47,958 bases of DNA, from assembly GCA_049590735.1 (NCBI GenBank), contig JBAWDM010000074.1, positions 1 to 47,958 of the forward strand, written 5' to 3'. A program made the translations under genes and the position numbers. The notes under the pieces were generated by a model. The model ran no database searches and was not told where the DNA came from. It was given only the letters and a program-made list of their open reading frames with translations. This DNA comes from Asticcacaulis sp. (lineage in GTDB: Bacteria > Pseudomonadota > Alphaproteobacteria > Caulobacterales > Caulobacteraceae). Positions within the stretch are counted from its first letter, which is position 1. Each line of letters begins with the position of its first letter. This document shows, in pieces, positions 19,190 to 29,032 of this stretch.

Positions 19190-19439
19190 GGGGTCTTATT
19201 CCTTAGCTGGAGAGCGTAACAGGCTCTGCTTTAGCAGACAGTTTGTCAGCAAGACGTAAATTGCCATGACAAAAGATTACAACCGGACTCAAAATCTTTA
19301 ACAAAATCAGTTTTTAAGACTTGTGTGGTAATAATTGCGCACAAAGTGTTTACGCCTGCTGTCTTAAGTTTCGCCTATAAACGTCCGTATACAGGCGTTA
19401 AAAACCCGATCAGAACCTAATAAAGATAAAGTTTCGAAC

Positions 19440-20804
19440 ATGACCACTCCACCAGTACAGGCTAGAAAATACTTCGGCACGGACGGCATACGCGGTCAGG
19501 CCAATACCTTTCCGATGACCGCCGAAGTCGCCTATCGCGTTGGTATGGCCGCCGGAAAAATGTTCATGTCGGAAACCGATCGGCGTCACCTGGTCGTGAT
19601 CGGTAAGGATACGCGCCTGTCGGGCTATATGATCGAACCGGCTCTGGTGGCCGGCTTTACCTCGGTCGGCATGGATGTGCGGCTGTTCGGGCCTTTGCCG
19701 ACACCGGGGGTCGCCATGATGACAAGATCTATGCGCGCTGATCTGGGCGTGATGATCTCAGCCTCGCATAACGGCTTTGCTGATAATGGCATCAAGCTAT
19801 TTGGGCCGGACGGTTATAAGCTGTCGGATGAGTCAGAGCTGGCCATTGAGGCCCGCATGGACGGCAATATTCTGGTGGGGGTTGCTGACCCCTCAAAGCT
19901 GGGTCGCGTCCAGCGTGTTGACGACGCCCAGTGGCGCTATGTCGAAATCGCCAAGGCCACCTATCCGCGTCATCTGACCTTAGCAGGCCTGCGCATCGTC
20001 CTGGATTGCGCCCACGGAGCCGCCTATAAGGTCGCCCCTCTGGCGCTTTATGAACTGGGCGCCGAAGTCATCTGCATCGGCGTGGCGCCGGACGGGCTGA
20101 ATATCAACGAAAAGTGCGGCTCCACCCAGCCACATCAGATGATCGAAAAGGTCAGGGAAATGCGCGCCGATATCGGCATTGCACTCGATGGGGATGCGGA
20201 TCGTCTGGTGATCTGCGATGAGCATGGCACCCTGATTGATGGCGATCAGATCATGGCCATTATCGCCGCCAGCTGGGCCAAAAAAGGCCTGCTTAAGGGC
20301 GGCGGCGCCGTGGCGACCGTCATGTCTAATCTGGGTTTTGAACGCTTTATGGAGAGCCAGGGCCTGAAGCTGGAACGCTCCAAGGTCGGCGACCGCTATG
20401 TCATGGAAAAGATGCGCGAAGGCGGCTTTAATCTGGGTGGCGAACAATCCGGCCATGTCATCCTGCATGATGTCGCCACAACCGGCGATGGCCTGATGGC
20501 AGCGCTTCAGGTACTGGCGGTCATGGTCGAGCAGCAAAAACCGATGAGCGAAATCGGTCATCAGTTCGACACTGTGCCGCAATTGCTGAAAAACGTGAAA
20601 TATAGCGGGGCCAATCCGATGGAGCGGCCCGATGTTCAGGCCGCCATCCGTGACGGCGAAGAGATACTCAAAGGTACAGGCCGTATTCTGGTGCGCCCAT
20701 CCGGCACTGAGCCCCTGATCCGCGTCATGGCCGAAGGTGACGACGCCGGACAGGTCAAAACCGTTGTCAACCAGATCATCGACGCCATGTCCGTTAAGGC
20801 TTAA
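19440..20804 (+). CDS. glmM: Phosphoglucosamine mutase
   Basis: [36 protein letters not shown]. Confidence 0.98.
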   Translation: MTTPPVQARKYFGTDGIRGQANTFPMTAEVAYRVGMAAGKMFMSETDRRHLVVIGKDTRLSGYMIEPALVAGFTSVGMDVRLFGPLPTPGVAMMTRSMRADLGVMISASHNGFADNGIKLFGPDGYKLSDESELAIEARMDGNILVGVADPSKLGRVQRVDDAQWRYVEIAKATYPRHLTLAGLRIVLDCAHGAAYKVAPLALYELGAEVICIGVAPDGLNINEKCGSTQPHQMIEKVREMRADIGIALDGDADRLVICDEHGTLIDGDQIMAIIAASWAKKGLLKGGGAVATVMSNLGFERFMESQGLKLERSKVGDRYVMEKMREGGFNLGGEQSGHVILHDVATTGDGLMAALQVLAVMVEQQKPMSEIGHQFDTVPQLLKNVKYSGANPMERPDVQAAIRDGEEILKGTGRILVRPSGTEPLIRVMAEGDDAGQVKTVVNQIIDAMSVKA

Positions 20805-20878
20805 GGCGGCCTTCTTTTTAAGCTGGACTAAAATTGCGAATGCTTCCATCCTGCGGGCATAAATGCCCATAGGGAGGC

Positions 20879-21169
20879 ATGATGCGTGAGACTGAACCCA
20901 GCGTGAGAGCGGACGTCGAAATTTGTAACAATAAGGGTCTGCATGCGCGGGCTTCGGCCAAGTTTGTGAAACTGGCATCCGGCTTTGATGCGCAGGTCTA
21001 TGTCGTCAAAGACAATAACCGCGTCGATGCCATGTCGATCATGGGCCTGCTGATGCTGGCGGCCTCCAAGGGATCGTTTATCGGCATTGAGGCCGAAGGC
21101 CCTGAGGCCGAGGCCGCCGTGAGCGCGCTTGTGGCGTTGGTGGCCAATCGCTTTGAAGAAGACGAATGA
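20879..21169 (+). CDS. ptsH: HPr/NPr phosphocarrier protein
   Basis: NNKGLHARASAKFV (phospho-His) and DAMSIMGLLMLAA (regulatory Ser). Confidence 0.93.
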   Translation: MMRETEPSVRADVEICNNKGLHARASAKFVKLASGFDAQVYVVKDNNRVDAMSIMGLLMLAASKGSFIGIEAEGPEAEAAVSALVALVANRFEEDE

Positions 21170-21978
21170 GCCCATATCTGAAACTCAGCTACATGCTTCT
21201 TATGGCCGGTATGGCACTTGGCAGCGCCGCCATGGCCGAAGGTGTGCTGGGTTCAGAAGATGCACAATTAAATGCCACGCGCCCCCTTTATCGTGTCATT
21301 CCGCCTAAGGTCTCGGCTGAGCCTGCCGCCAAGATGCCGGACGCCCCCATTCCCTATACGGACTATAAGGCCAAGGGTTCCGGTGCCAACGCTAAGCCAG
21401 CCGAGACGGGCGCAACTGGAACGCATAAGCCTGAGGCTGTTAAACCGCCACTGCCTAAATTAGCGCCGCCCTTACCGCCCCCCGTGGCGCTTGAACCGGC
21501 TCCGGCCACACCTGACCTGCCGCCTATGGATTTGTCTGAGCAGCCCCTGTCTGCACCGCCCCCCGCCCCACCGGCAATGGCGGCCGCTTCCCACATCAGC
21601 CTGAGGTGCGAGACGCAAACCACGGAGGGCAAGCGCCTGATCTCAAAAGGCAGCTTCTATATTGATCTGTTCCCCTCGCCCGTTTTTCCGGACACGATGG
21701 CGGATTTCCAGTTTTTGTTTGTCGATCCGGCACACGATTCCCTGATCCGCGATTCCATGTGCATTGACACCCTCTGTTCGGCCAATGTCACCGTCACAGC
21801 CTACTACCTGCTCAATCAGGTGACACGTAAGGGGGCGGCGTTGCGTATCACGCTGGATCGCACAAAGGGTGCCTTCTATGCCGAGGAAATCGGCAGGAAT
21901 GGCCGTAAGAGCGACGGCGCGCATCGCGGCGAACAGGGTTATTGCACCCCGCAGACACTGCCCACCCAACTATTCTAG
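21166..21978 (+). CDS. Hypothetical secreted protein with Pro-rich linker and Cys-containing C-terminal domain
   Basis: N-terminal signal peptide (AMA-E), Pro/Ala-rich middle, four Cys in the C-terminal domain. ATGA overlap with HPr. Confidence 0.75.
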   Translation: MSPYLKLSYMLLMAGMALGSAAMAEGVLGSEDAQLNATRPLYRVIPPKVSAEPAAKMPDAPIPYTDYKAKGSGANAKPAETGATGTHKPEAVKPPLPKLAPPLPPPVALEPAPATPDLPPMDLSEQPLSAPPPAPPAMAAASHISLRCETQTTEGKRLISKGSFYIDLFPSPVFPDTMADFQFLFVDPAHDSLIRDSMCIDTLCSANVTVTAYYLLNQVTRKGAALRITLDRTKGAFYAEEIGRNGRKSDGAHRGEQGYCTPQTLPTQLF

Positions 21979-22003
21979 AAAGCCAAACTATTTTAAGGGA
22001 ATA

Positions 22004-22080
22004 TGGCGAACGCGGAGGGACTCGAACCCCCGACCGTCTGCTTAGAAGGCAGATGCTCTATCCAGCTGAGCTACGCGTCC
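22004..22080 (-). tRNA. tRNA-Arg (anticodon TCT)
   Basis: Reverse complement reads GGACGCGTAGCTCAGCTGGATAGAGCATCTGCCTTCTAAGCAGACGGTCGGGGGTTCGAGTCCCTCCGCGTTCGCCA: cloverleaf, TTC loop and encoded CCA. Confidence 0.97.
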
Positions 22081-22129
22081 GAACCGCCCCCTCCCTAATC
22101 AGGGCGAGGGCATTAGGCAAGCCTGTATA

Positions 22130-23371
22130 TTATTTGCCGGTCTTGATGTCGCGCTTGGCGGCCACACGCAAACGCAGCGCATTGAGCTTGATGAAGCCCG
22201 CCGCGTCGCGGTGATCATAGGCCACCTTGCCCTCTTCAAACGTGACCAAATCCTGATCATACAGCGAATACGGGCTTTCTCGGCCGATTATGGTCGTATT
22301 GCCCTTATAGAGCTTAACCGTGACACGGCCTGTGACCTTTTGCTGGCTGTAATCAATCGCCGCCTGCAACATTTCGCGCTCCGGCGAGAACCAGAAGCCG
22401 TTATAGACGATGGATGCGTATTTCGGCATCAGCTCGTCCTTCAGGTGCATGGCGCCGCGGTCGAGCGTAATCGATTCGATACCACGGTGTGCCGCCAACA
22501 GAATGGTGCCGCCGGGGGTTTCATAGACGCCGCGTGATTTCATGCCGACAAAGCGGTTCTCGACCAGATCAAGACGGCCAATGCCATTATCGTGACCCAG
22601 CTGGTTGAGCTTGGCCAGCAGGGTGGCCGGCGACATCGCCTCACCATTGATGGCCACGGGATCGCCGCGCTCAAAATCCATGGTGAACACAGTGGGCGTG
22701 TCGGGCGCTGCCTCAGGGGCGATGGTGCGCTGATAGACAAATTCCGGCGCTTCGACGGCAGGGTCTTCGAGCACCTTGCCCTCAGATGACGAATGCAGCA
22801 GATTGGCATCAACCGAGAAGGGCGCATCGCCGCGCTTATCCTTGGCGATGGGGATCTGGTGCTGTTCGGCAAAGGCCAGCAGGGATTCGCGGCTGGCGAA
22901 ATCCCATTCGCGCCACGGGGCGATGACGTGGATGTCGGGCTCTAAGCCATAATAGCCCAGCTCAAACCGCACCTGATCATTACCCTTACCGGTGGCGCCG
23001 TGACAGACCGCATCAGCGCCGACCTTGCGGGCGATTTCGATTTGTTTCTTGGCGATCAGCGGACGGGCAATCGAGGTGCCAAGCAGATACTGGCCTTCAT
23101 AGACCGTATTGGCGCGGAACATCGGGAAGACGTAATCGCGGACAAATTCTTCGCGCAGGTCTTCGATGAAGATGTTTTCGGGTTTAATGCCCAGAAGTTC
23201 GGCTTTTTTGCGCGCCGGTTCCAGCTCTTCGCCCTGACCGAGGTCGGCGGTGAAGGTGACCACTTCGGCCTGATACTCGGTTTGCAGCCACTTCAGGATG
23301 ATCGAGGTGTCGAGGCCGCCCGAATAGGCGAGAACGACTTTCTTGACAGGCTTACTTGTGGATGAAGACAT
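22130..23371 (-). CDS. argG: Argininosuccinate synthase
   Basis: [42 protein letters not shown]. Confidence 0.99.
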   Translation of the reverse strand: MSSSTSKPVKKVVLAYSGGLDTSIILKWLQTEYQAEVVTFTADLGQGEELEPARKKAELLGIKPENIFIEDLREEFVRDYVFPMFRANTVYEGQYLLGTSIARPLIAKKQIEIARKVGADAVCHGATGKGNDQVRFELGYYGLEPDIHVIAPWREWDFASRESLLAFAEQHQIPIAKDKRGDAPFSVDANLLHSSSEGKVLEDPAVEAPEFVYQRTIAPEAAPDTPTVFTMDFERGDPVAINGEAMSPATLLAKLNQLGHDNGIGRLDLVENRFVGMKSRGVYETPGGTILLAAHRGIESITLDRGAMHLKDELMPKYASIVYNGFWFSPEREMLQAAIDYSQQKVTGRVTVKLYKGNTTIIGRESPYSLYDQDLVTFEEGKVAYDHRDAAGFIKLNALRLRVAAKRDIKTGK

Positions 23372-23487
23372 GGACGCGTGCTTTCTCAGCTAAGAGGGCA
23401 GGGAGTAATAAAGGCTCACGGCGCTTTAAGGTTTTGACGGACGTGATGCAAGTGACAATCGTGCAAAAATTGCAAGATGAAGGCGCT

Positions 23488-25548
23488 CTAAACCGTCACC
23501 TGCGTCCCCAGCTCCACCACGCGACCGGCGGGGATATGGAAGAATTCGGTCGGGTTGGTGGCGTTTTTCATCAGGAAGATAAACAGCTTATCCTGCCATA
23601 ACGGCATGCCGGAATTGGCCGACGGCACGACGGAACGGCGGCCTAAGAAAAAGCTTGTCGCCATTATGTCGAACTTCAGACCCAGCTTACGGCAGACGCC
23701 CAGAGCCCGCGGCAGGTTGGGACTTTCCATAAAGCCGTAAGCCAGGGTGACTTTTTTGAAATCATCATTGATCAGCTCAATGGACACCCGATCGGCTTCC
23801 TTGACGCGCGGTGTATTGGTCGTCCTGACGGTCAGTATGATATTCTTTTCGTGCAAGACCTTATTGTGTTTCAGATTATGCATGAGCGCCACAGGGGCCG
23901 AATCCGCATCAGACGTCAGGAATATGGCCGTGCCGGCGACACGGTGTGGCGGACGCTTTTTCAGGATAGCAACCAGATCATTCAGCGAAACACTATCGCG
24001 TTTGGACTTGTCGGTCAGGGTCCGCGTACCGCTCACCCAGGTCAGCATGATAATGATCAGCACGGCGGCCAGCATGAGCGGCAAATAGGCCCCTTGCGGA
24101 ATTTTCAGCATGTTGGAGCCAAAGAAGACCAGATCCAGCGCGCCAATCGGCAACAGCATGGCAATGGCCTGCCATATCTTCCACTTCCAGACATAGCGCA
24201 GGAAGACATAGGCCAGCATGGTATCCACCAGCATGGCCCCCGTCACCGCAATACCGTACATGGATGTCAGGTGCTCGGTCGAGCGGAAGGCAAACAGCAG
24301 GAACAGAACGCCAATCATCAGCATGGTATTGATCTGCGGTACAAATATCTGCCCGGCCTGCGTTTCCGATGTCCGCTTGATGTCAATGCGCGGCAAAAGC
24401 CCAAGCTGCACGGCCTGCTGCGTCATGGAAAAGGCGCCGGTAATGACGGCCTGAGAGGCGATGACGGTGGCGCAGGTCGCCAGAATGAAGATGGGCCAGT
24501 AGGCGACTTCGGGCACCATGCGCCAGAACGGGTTTTCCCGTGCCGACGGATCGGCCAGAGTCAGGGCCCCCTGCCCCAGATAGTTGAGCGTCAGACATGG
24601 CAACACGAAAAACAGCCAGGAATACTGGATCGGCTTTTTACCAAAATGGCCCATATCGGCATACAGGGCTTCGGCTCCCGTAACAGCCAGAAACACGCTG
24701 CCTAAGATGACAAAGCCGGTAAATCCGTTCGCAATCAGGAAGGTAATGCCATATTGCGGCATCAGGGCGACGAGAATGTTGGGATTGTCAAATATGTGAT
24801 AGAGGCCAAGCGCGCCCAACACCAAAAACCATAAAACGGTTATGGGGCCAAAATACTTGGCCATATTGGCCGTGCCCTTGGACTGCACCATAAATAGTGC
24901 CACAAGGATAATGGCGGATATTGGCACAATCAGGTGTGACACATTACCACCAATCCCCGGCGCGTCCTTCAGACCTTCAACCGCGCCCAAAACAGACACG
25001 GCCGGCGTGATTATGCCGTCGCCATAAAACAGGGCGGCGCCGCATATGCCCAGAAACAGAACCGTAGGCGAATATTTGCCCAGTGCCTTTTGCGCCAGCG
25101 CCATCAGGGCCAGCGTCCCCCCTTCGCCCTTATTGTCGGCCCGCATCAGAAAGATGACATATTTCAGGGTAACGATCATGATTAGCGCCCAGAAAACCAG
25201 CGAGATCACCCCCTTGACCGCCAGTTCCGCATTAGTGCCTTCGCGCGTATGAAACAGAGCTTCGCGCATGGCATAGAGCGGGCTTGTGCCGATATCCCCG
25301 AACACAACGCCGACAGAGCCTATGGCCAGCGCCATAAAGCCGTCCTTGCCGTGACCGTGACTGCTAACCGATTCGTTTTCTATGGAGCCTGCGGGGCTGT
25401 GCGGGTGGCTGTCGGGCCCGGCATCACAATCGACGGAGGCGGAATCGGAGTCTGAAGACGATTTTTGCACCTTAATTTGCGAGTCAGGCCCTTCGGTATT
25501 TGTGCCCTTTGGGGCAGAGGTCGGCTCGGAAGGGGTATCCCCTGTCAT
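23488..25548 (-). CDS. kup: Potassium transporter Kup
   Basis: GVVFGDIGTSPLYA, RADNKGEGG, DGIITPA, GAEALYADMGHFG, RVVELG. Has a low-complexity N-terminal extension. Confidence 0.97.
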   Translation of the reverse strand: MTGDTPSEPTSAPKGTNTEGPDSQIKVQKSSSDSDSASVDCDAGPDSHPHSPAGSIENESVSSHGHGKDGFMALAIGSVGVVFGDIGTSPLYAMREALFHTREGTNAELAVKGVISLVFWALIMIVTLKYVIFLMRADNKGEGGTLALMALAQKALGKYSPTVLFLGICGAALFYGDGIITPAVSVLGAVEGLKDAPGIGGNVSHLIVPISAIILVALFMVQSKGTANMAKYFGPITVLWFLVLGALGLYHIFDNPNILVALMPQYGITFLIANGFTGFVILGSVFLAVTGAEALYADMGHFGKKPIQYSWLFFVLPCLTLNYLGQGALTLADPSARENPFWRMVPEVAYWPIFILATCATVIASQAVITGAFSMTQQAVQLGLLPRIDIKRTSETQAGQIFVPQINTMLMIGVLFLLFAFRSTEHLTSMYGIAVTGAMLVDTMLAYVFLRYVWKWKIWQAIAMLLPIGALDLVFFGSNMLKIPQGAYLPLMLAAVLIIIMLTWVSGTRTLTDKSKRDSVSLNDLVAILKKRPPHRVAGTAIFLTSDADSAPVALMHNLKHNKVLHEKNIILTVRTTNTPRVKEADRVSIELINDDFKKVTLAYGFMESPNLPRALGVCRKLGLKFDIMATSFFLGRRSVVPSANSGMPLWQDKLFIFLMKNATNPTEFFHIPAGRVVELGTQVTV

Positions 25549-25747
25549 GCATACTCTCCTGAGGTTGCCTGCAAACCAAAGGGTTTACACAGCCTTTTGA
25601 CGGGAGGCCCTCGCTTGAACGTGGCGCTATTACGCCTATTTAAAGACTCATTCAATCTCATTCATGCAGGTTTTGGCTGCATTTACACGGCTCTAACTTA
25701 AAACGACACTATGAAGGGCCATTTATTTATCGTATTAAAGCTTCAAA

Positions 25748-26200
25748 ATGTCAGATAGCCAAAGATTCCCTGTGGCCGCCCATGCGCTGGCCTATCTTGC
25801 TCACCGTCACGCCTTCACGCGTGAACAGGCGGTGTCGTCTTCTGTGCTGGCTGCGTCCATACCGACCAATCCGGTGGTAATCCGCCGCATGACAACGCAA
25901 TTGGCACGCGCAGGCCTGCTGGCGACCTGTTCCGGCGTATCCGGCGGCGCATGGCTGCTTAAGGCCCCTGAGGATATTCGCCTTGATGAAGTCCTGCGCG
26001 CCGTCAATGGCTGCGCCCATCTGGGGTCTGCGCCCCTGGGAGCCGAAGGTTGCCCCGTCAGTCAGGCCATCCCCAAGGCGGTTAATGAGGCCATGCAGGC
26101 GGCCAATGCAGCAGCTTCACAAAGCCTGTCGACCTTTACAGTCGCGGATCTGCTCAAACACAGTCATGAAGACACGGATACCGCCGTTCAGGTTGCCTAA
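25748..26200 (+). CDS. Rrf2-family transcriptional regulator
   Basis: RFPVAAHAL, SSSVLAASIPTNPVVIRR, GGAWL, GCPV. Confidence 0.88.
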   Translation: MSDSQRFPVAAHALAYLAHRHAFTREQAVSSSVLAASIPTNPVVIRRMTTQLARAGLLATCSGVSGGAWLLKAPEDIRLDEVLRAVNGCAHLGSAPLGAEGCPVSQAIPKAVNEAMQAANAAASQSLSTFTVADLLKHSHEDTDTAVQVA

Positions 26201-26275
26201 TCGCTTGCAATTCTCAAATTTCTTGCATTTCTTAAGGCGCTGGTGTTTCGATAATCTCCCGCAACGCGTAAAAAG

Positions 26276-27079
26276 GTGCCCGTCTTGACCCGCCGTCTCG
26301 TTCTGATCACCGGAGCCTCATCCGGCATAGGTCTGGCCTTTGCGCGCACCTATGCCTCACATGGCTGGGATGTGGCCCTGACCGCCCGCCGCGAAGACAA
26401 GCTGAACACGCTGGCTGAGGAAATTCGCCTGAGATACGGCGTCGAAGCCCATGTACTGCCCTGTGACCTGTCCCTGCCTGAGGCGACGGACATATTGCAC
26501 AAGGGCCTGACGGCTTTGGGGCGGCAGGTGGACGGGCTGGTCAACAATGCCGGCTATGGCCAGCCGGGCGGGTTTATTCATAATACCATAGAAGAGCATA
26601 AGGCCTTTATGCAGGTCATGATGCTAACGCCGATGGAGCTGACGCACCGCTTTTTGCCCGATATGATCGAGCAAAACTTTGGCCGCATCATCAATGTCGC
26701 TTCACTGGCTGGTTTTTTACCGGCGTCACCAGGCGACACGCTTTATGGCCCGACCAAAACCTTCCTGACGCGTTTTTCACAAAGCCTGCATCTGGAATTA
26801 CGCGACAAGGGCATTCATGTCAGCGCGCTCTGCCCCGGCTGGACCTATTCCGAATTTCACGATGTTGTCGGCCAGCGTTCAAAACTCAGCAAAGCCTTTC
26901 CGGAGTGGCTGTGGATGGGTGCCGATGAGGTCGCCCGCGAAGGCTATATGGCCGCAGAAGCCAATCGCGCGGCTTGCGTGCCCGGTGCGCCCAATAAGGT
27001 GGCCGCCGCCCTGCTCAAGGTCTTGCCGGATGACTGGACGATGGAACTGATATCGCGACAACTGCGCCGAATGAAATAG
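26276..27079 (+). CDS. Short-chain dehydrogenase/reductase
   Basis: TGASSGIG, NNAG, NVAS, YGPTK (YxxxK), LCPG. Confidence 0.93.
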   Translation: MPVLTRRLVLITGASSGIGLAFARTYASHGWDVALTARREDKLNTLAEEIRLRYGVEAHVLPCDLSLPEATDILHKGLTALGRQVDGLVNNAGYGQPGGFIHNTIEEHKAFMQVMMLTPMELTHRFLPDMIEQNFGRIINVASLAGFLPASPGDTLYGPTKTFLTRFSQSLHLELRDKGIHVSALCPGWTYSEFHDVVGQRSKLSKAFPEWLWMGADEVAREGYMAAEANRAACVPGAPNKVAAALLKVLPDDWTMELISRQLRRMK

Positions 27080-27101
27080 GTAAGCAGGATGGGCATCCGC
27101 A

Positions 27102-27151
27102 GGCAAGGGCGACTGCCCGCCGCGCCCGTTGGCGCGCAAAGGCCGTGCGGC
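27102..27151 (-). repeat. Interspersed palindromic (REP-like) element, copy 2
   Basis: Reverse complement matches 13415-13463, with an exact 20-bp core. Lies between the convergent SDR and MarC genes. Confidence 0.7.
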
Positions 27152-27190
27152 ATCTGAACGCCAAAAAATGTTGGGATTTCTTACCTACCC

Positions 27191-27904
27191 CTACATATAG
27201 GGATGAGTCGCGGCCGGTAAAATCAGGCCATGCGTAATGCTGCCGATCGACGAAATAATCAACTGCACGGCCATAGCGCACAAGATCAGTCCCAGAACGC
27301 GCACCACAATCACCATGCCGACACGGCCAAACACCCGGGCTATGGTATTGGACAGGGCCAGAGCGATCATCATCACGGCGCCCATGCTCACAATCGCGGC
27401 CACGCCGGATACCATGCCCAAAACACCGATCTTGTGAGCCGCATCGGCCTGAATGACCACGGTTGAAATGGCACCCGGCCCCACAACCAGTGGAAAGGCA
27501 AAAGGCACGACCAGCTTTTCAAAACTTTTCTTGGCGGTTTCACTGTCCTTAAGCGGCCGCACGCCAATGGCCGGATCGCCCCCGCTTTTGACCTCATCGG
27601 CATGTAAAAACGTGCTGAGAAAGTCGCCCCGCGCCATATCAATTCCCATCAAAAACAAGATCAACCCACCGGCAATGCGAAAGGCATCCATCGAAATGCC
27701 AAAGAATTTCAATATGTCGATGCCGACAAAAAAGAACAGCATCAAAAAGATAGTGGTAAACAGCGCAATGTAAAAACTGAGCCAACGCCGCGCAGGGCCG
27801 GTTTGGTTCTGAGTCGCCGCAGCAAAGATCGGCGTATTGCCAATCGGGTCAACCAACGCAAAAAGCGTGATGAAAAAGTTGACGTAGAACTCAACCAAGG
27901 TCAT
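27191..27904 (-). CDS. MarC-family membrane protein
   Basis: LFALVDPIGN, FGISMDAFRIAGGLIL, VPFAFPLVVGPGAI, RVLGLILCAMAVQ. Confidence 0.92.
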   Translation of the reverse strand: MTLVEFYVNFFITLFALVDPIGNTPIFAAATQNQTGPARRWLSFYIALFTTIFLMLFFFVGIDILKFFGISMDAFRIAGGLILFLMGIDMARGDFLSTFLHADEVKSGGDPAIGVRPLKDSETAKKSFEKLVVPFAFPLVVGPGAISTVVIQADAAHKIGVLGMVSGVAAIVSMGAVMMIALALSNTIARVFGRVGMVIVVRVLGLILCAMAVQLIISSIGSITHGLILPAATHPYM

Positions 27905-27983
27905 GAAACGCTCACTAATGGAATTGAACAGATCCTACCTATCAAATTTGGCCCTATAGTAACAGCCCAAACAGGAATTCATC

Positions 27984-28682
27984 ATGTCACAGATTTTAGA
28001 CGCCGATCCCCGCCTTATCGTGGCGCTTGATGAAGCCGATGTGGCGGCTGCCCGCGCACTTGTGGCGAAACTCGGCGACAGTGTCAGCTATTATAAAATC
28101 GGCCTGACACTACTGGCCCAAGGCGGGCTTGTCCTCTGCGAAGAACTGGCCGCCCAAGGCAAGCAGGTGTTTCAGGACTGGAAGCTGCACGATATCGGCG
28201 CCCAAGTCGAAGGTGCCGCCAAAGCCGCCTCATCCGGCGCTTGTGACCTTCTGACCGTCCATGCCGAACCCCAAGTTATGCGCGCCGCTATGCAAGGCCG
28301 ACACCCTAAGACCAAGGTGATCGGCGTCACTGTCCTGACCAGCCTGACGCAAGGGGATATCGATGAGATGGGCTATGGTCTGCAACTGTCTGATCTGGTC
28401 ATGCGCCGCGTCGATCAGGCCGTCGAATGTGGCCTAGATGGTGTGGTGTCGTCGCCGCACGAAGCCGCCCTGATACGTGCGCGCGTCCCGGCTGACTTTC
28501 TGATCGTCACACCCGGTGTGCGCCCTGTCGGTGCCTCCCTGGACGACCAACAGCGTGTCGCCACCCCGCGTCAGGCTTTTGATAACGGCGCCTCACATGT
28601 TGTGATTGGCCGACCAATCACCCGTGCCGCCGAGCCGGTCGCCGCCACTCAGGCTATTTTGGCGGAAATTCGCAAAAATTAA
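27984..28682 (+). CDS. pyrF: Orotidine-5'-phosphate decarboxylase
   Basis: LIVALD, DWKLHDIG (DxKxxD), VTVLTS, VTPGVRP, VIGRPIT. Confidence 0.97.
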   Translation: MSQILDADPRLIVALDEADVAAARALVAKLGDSVSYYKIGLTLLAQGGLVLCEELAAQGKQVFQDWKLHDIGAQVEGAAKAASSGACDLLTVHAEPQVMRAAMQGRHPKTKVIGVTVLTSLTQGDIDEMGYGLQLSDLVMRRVDQAVECGLDGVVSSPHEAALIRARVPADFLIVTPGVRPVGASLDDQQRVATPRQAFDNGASHVVIGRPITRAAEPVAATQAILAEIRKN

Positions 28683-28711
28683 CCCGGCCTTAAGGCACGT
28701 TAACCATTTAA
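28679..28711. promoter_or_regulatory. CtrA-type box plus extra TTAA half-sites
   Basis: TTAA-cccggcc-TTAA at 28679-28693, with further TTAA at 28700-28703 and 28708-28711. Confidence 0.65.
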
Positions 28712-28738
28712 ATACCTGATTTGGCGTACACATCGGGC

Positions 28739-29023
28739 ATGACAACGCCCATACGCCCTTCGCTCGCCCAGATGCTCAATCCGCAGCCCACACAGGCTGC
28801 GAAGCCTGCCCCGTCTCCGGCGCAGGGCAGCTTTTCCGATGCCTTAGCGGCACAAAAGGCCTTTTTTCAGAACATAGCGGCGCCGAAAATCACCCCCGCC
28901 ACCTATACGGCGGCGGATGTCGCCAGGGCAACCAATACGCCTGTGAACACGCCACCTGCGCAGCAAACCGATGCCGAGCAGCCGCTCAAACGCCCCGGAT
29001 CGTATCTGAATATTGTGATTTAA
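28739..29023 (+). CDS. Small hypothetical Pro/Ala/Gln-rich protein ending RPGSYLNIVI
   Basis: ORF fills the pyrF-folC gap and is preceded by CtrA-type boxes. Confidence 0.7.
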   Translation: MTTPIRPSLAQMLNPQPTQAAKPAPSPAQGSFSDALAAQKAFFQNIAAPKITPATYTAADVARATNTPVNTPPAQQTDAEQPLKRPGSYLNIVI

Positions 29024-29032
29024 GCAGATGAC

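Noticed and set aside
19190..19439. glmS ribozyme upstream of glmS
   Set aside because: No recognisable ribozyme core. The spacer is a short divergent promoter, and the ribozyme is mainly found in Gram-positive bacteria.
21979..22080. tRNA-Arg 3' end as an integration site for a genomic island
   Set aside because: No integrase nearby and no duplicated tRNA 3' fragment seen in the window. The flanking genes are core or host-like.
21942..22214. 90-aa ORF spanning the tRNA
   Set aside because: It is a translation of the tRNA antisense strand, not a gene.
22004..23371. Regulatory coupling of argG with the adjacent tRNA-Arg
   Set aside because: The 49-bp spacer contains a plausible separate promoter for the tRNA (TTGCCT-N17-TAGGGA on the minus strand). 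Adjacency alone is not evidence of coupling.
25549..25640. Riboswitch in the kup leader
   Set aside because: Only a short hairpin is visible, and there is no recognisable aptamer consensus.
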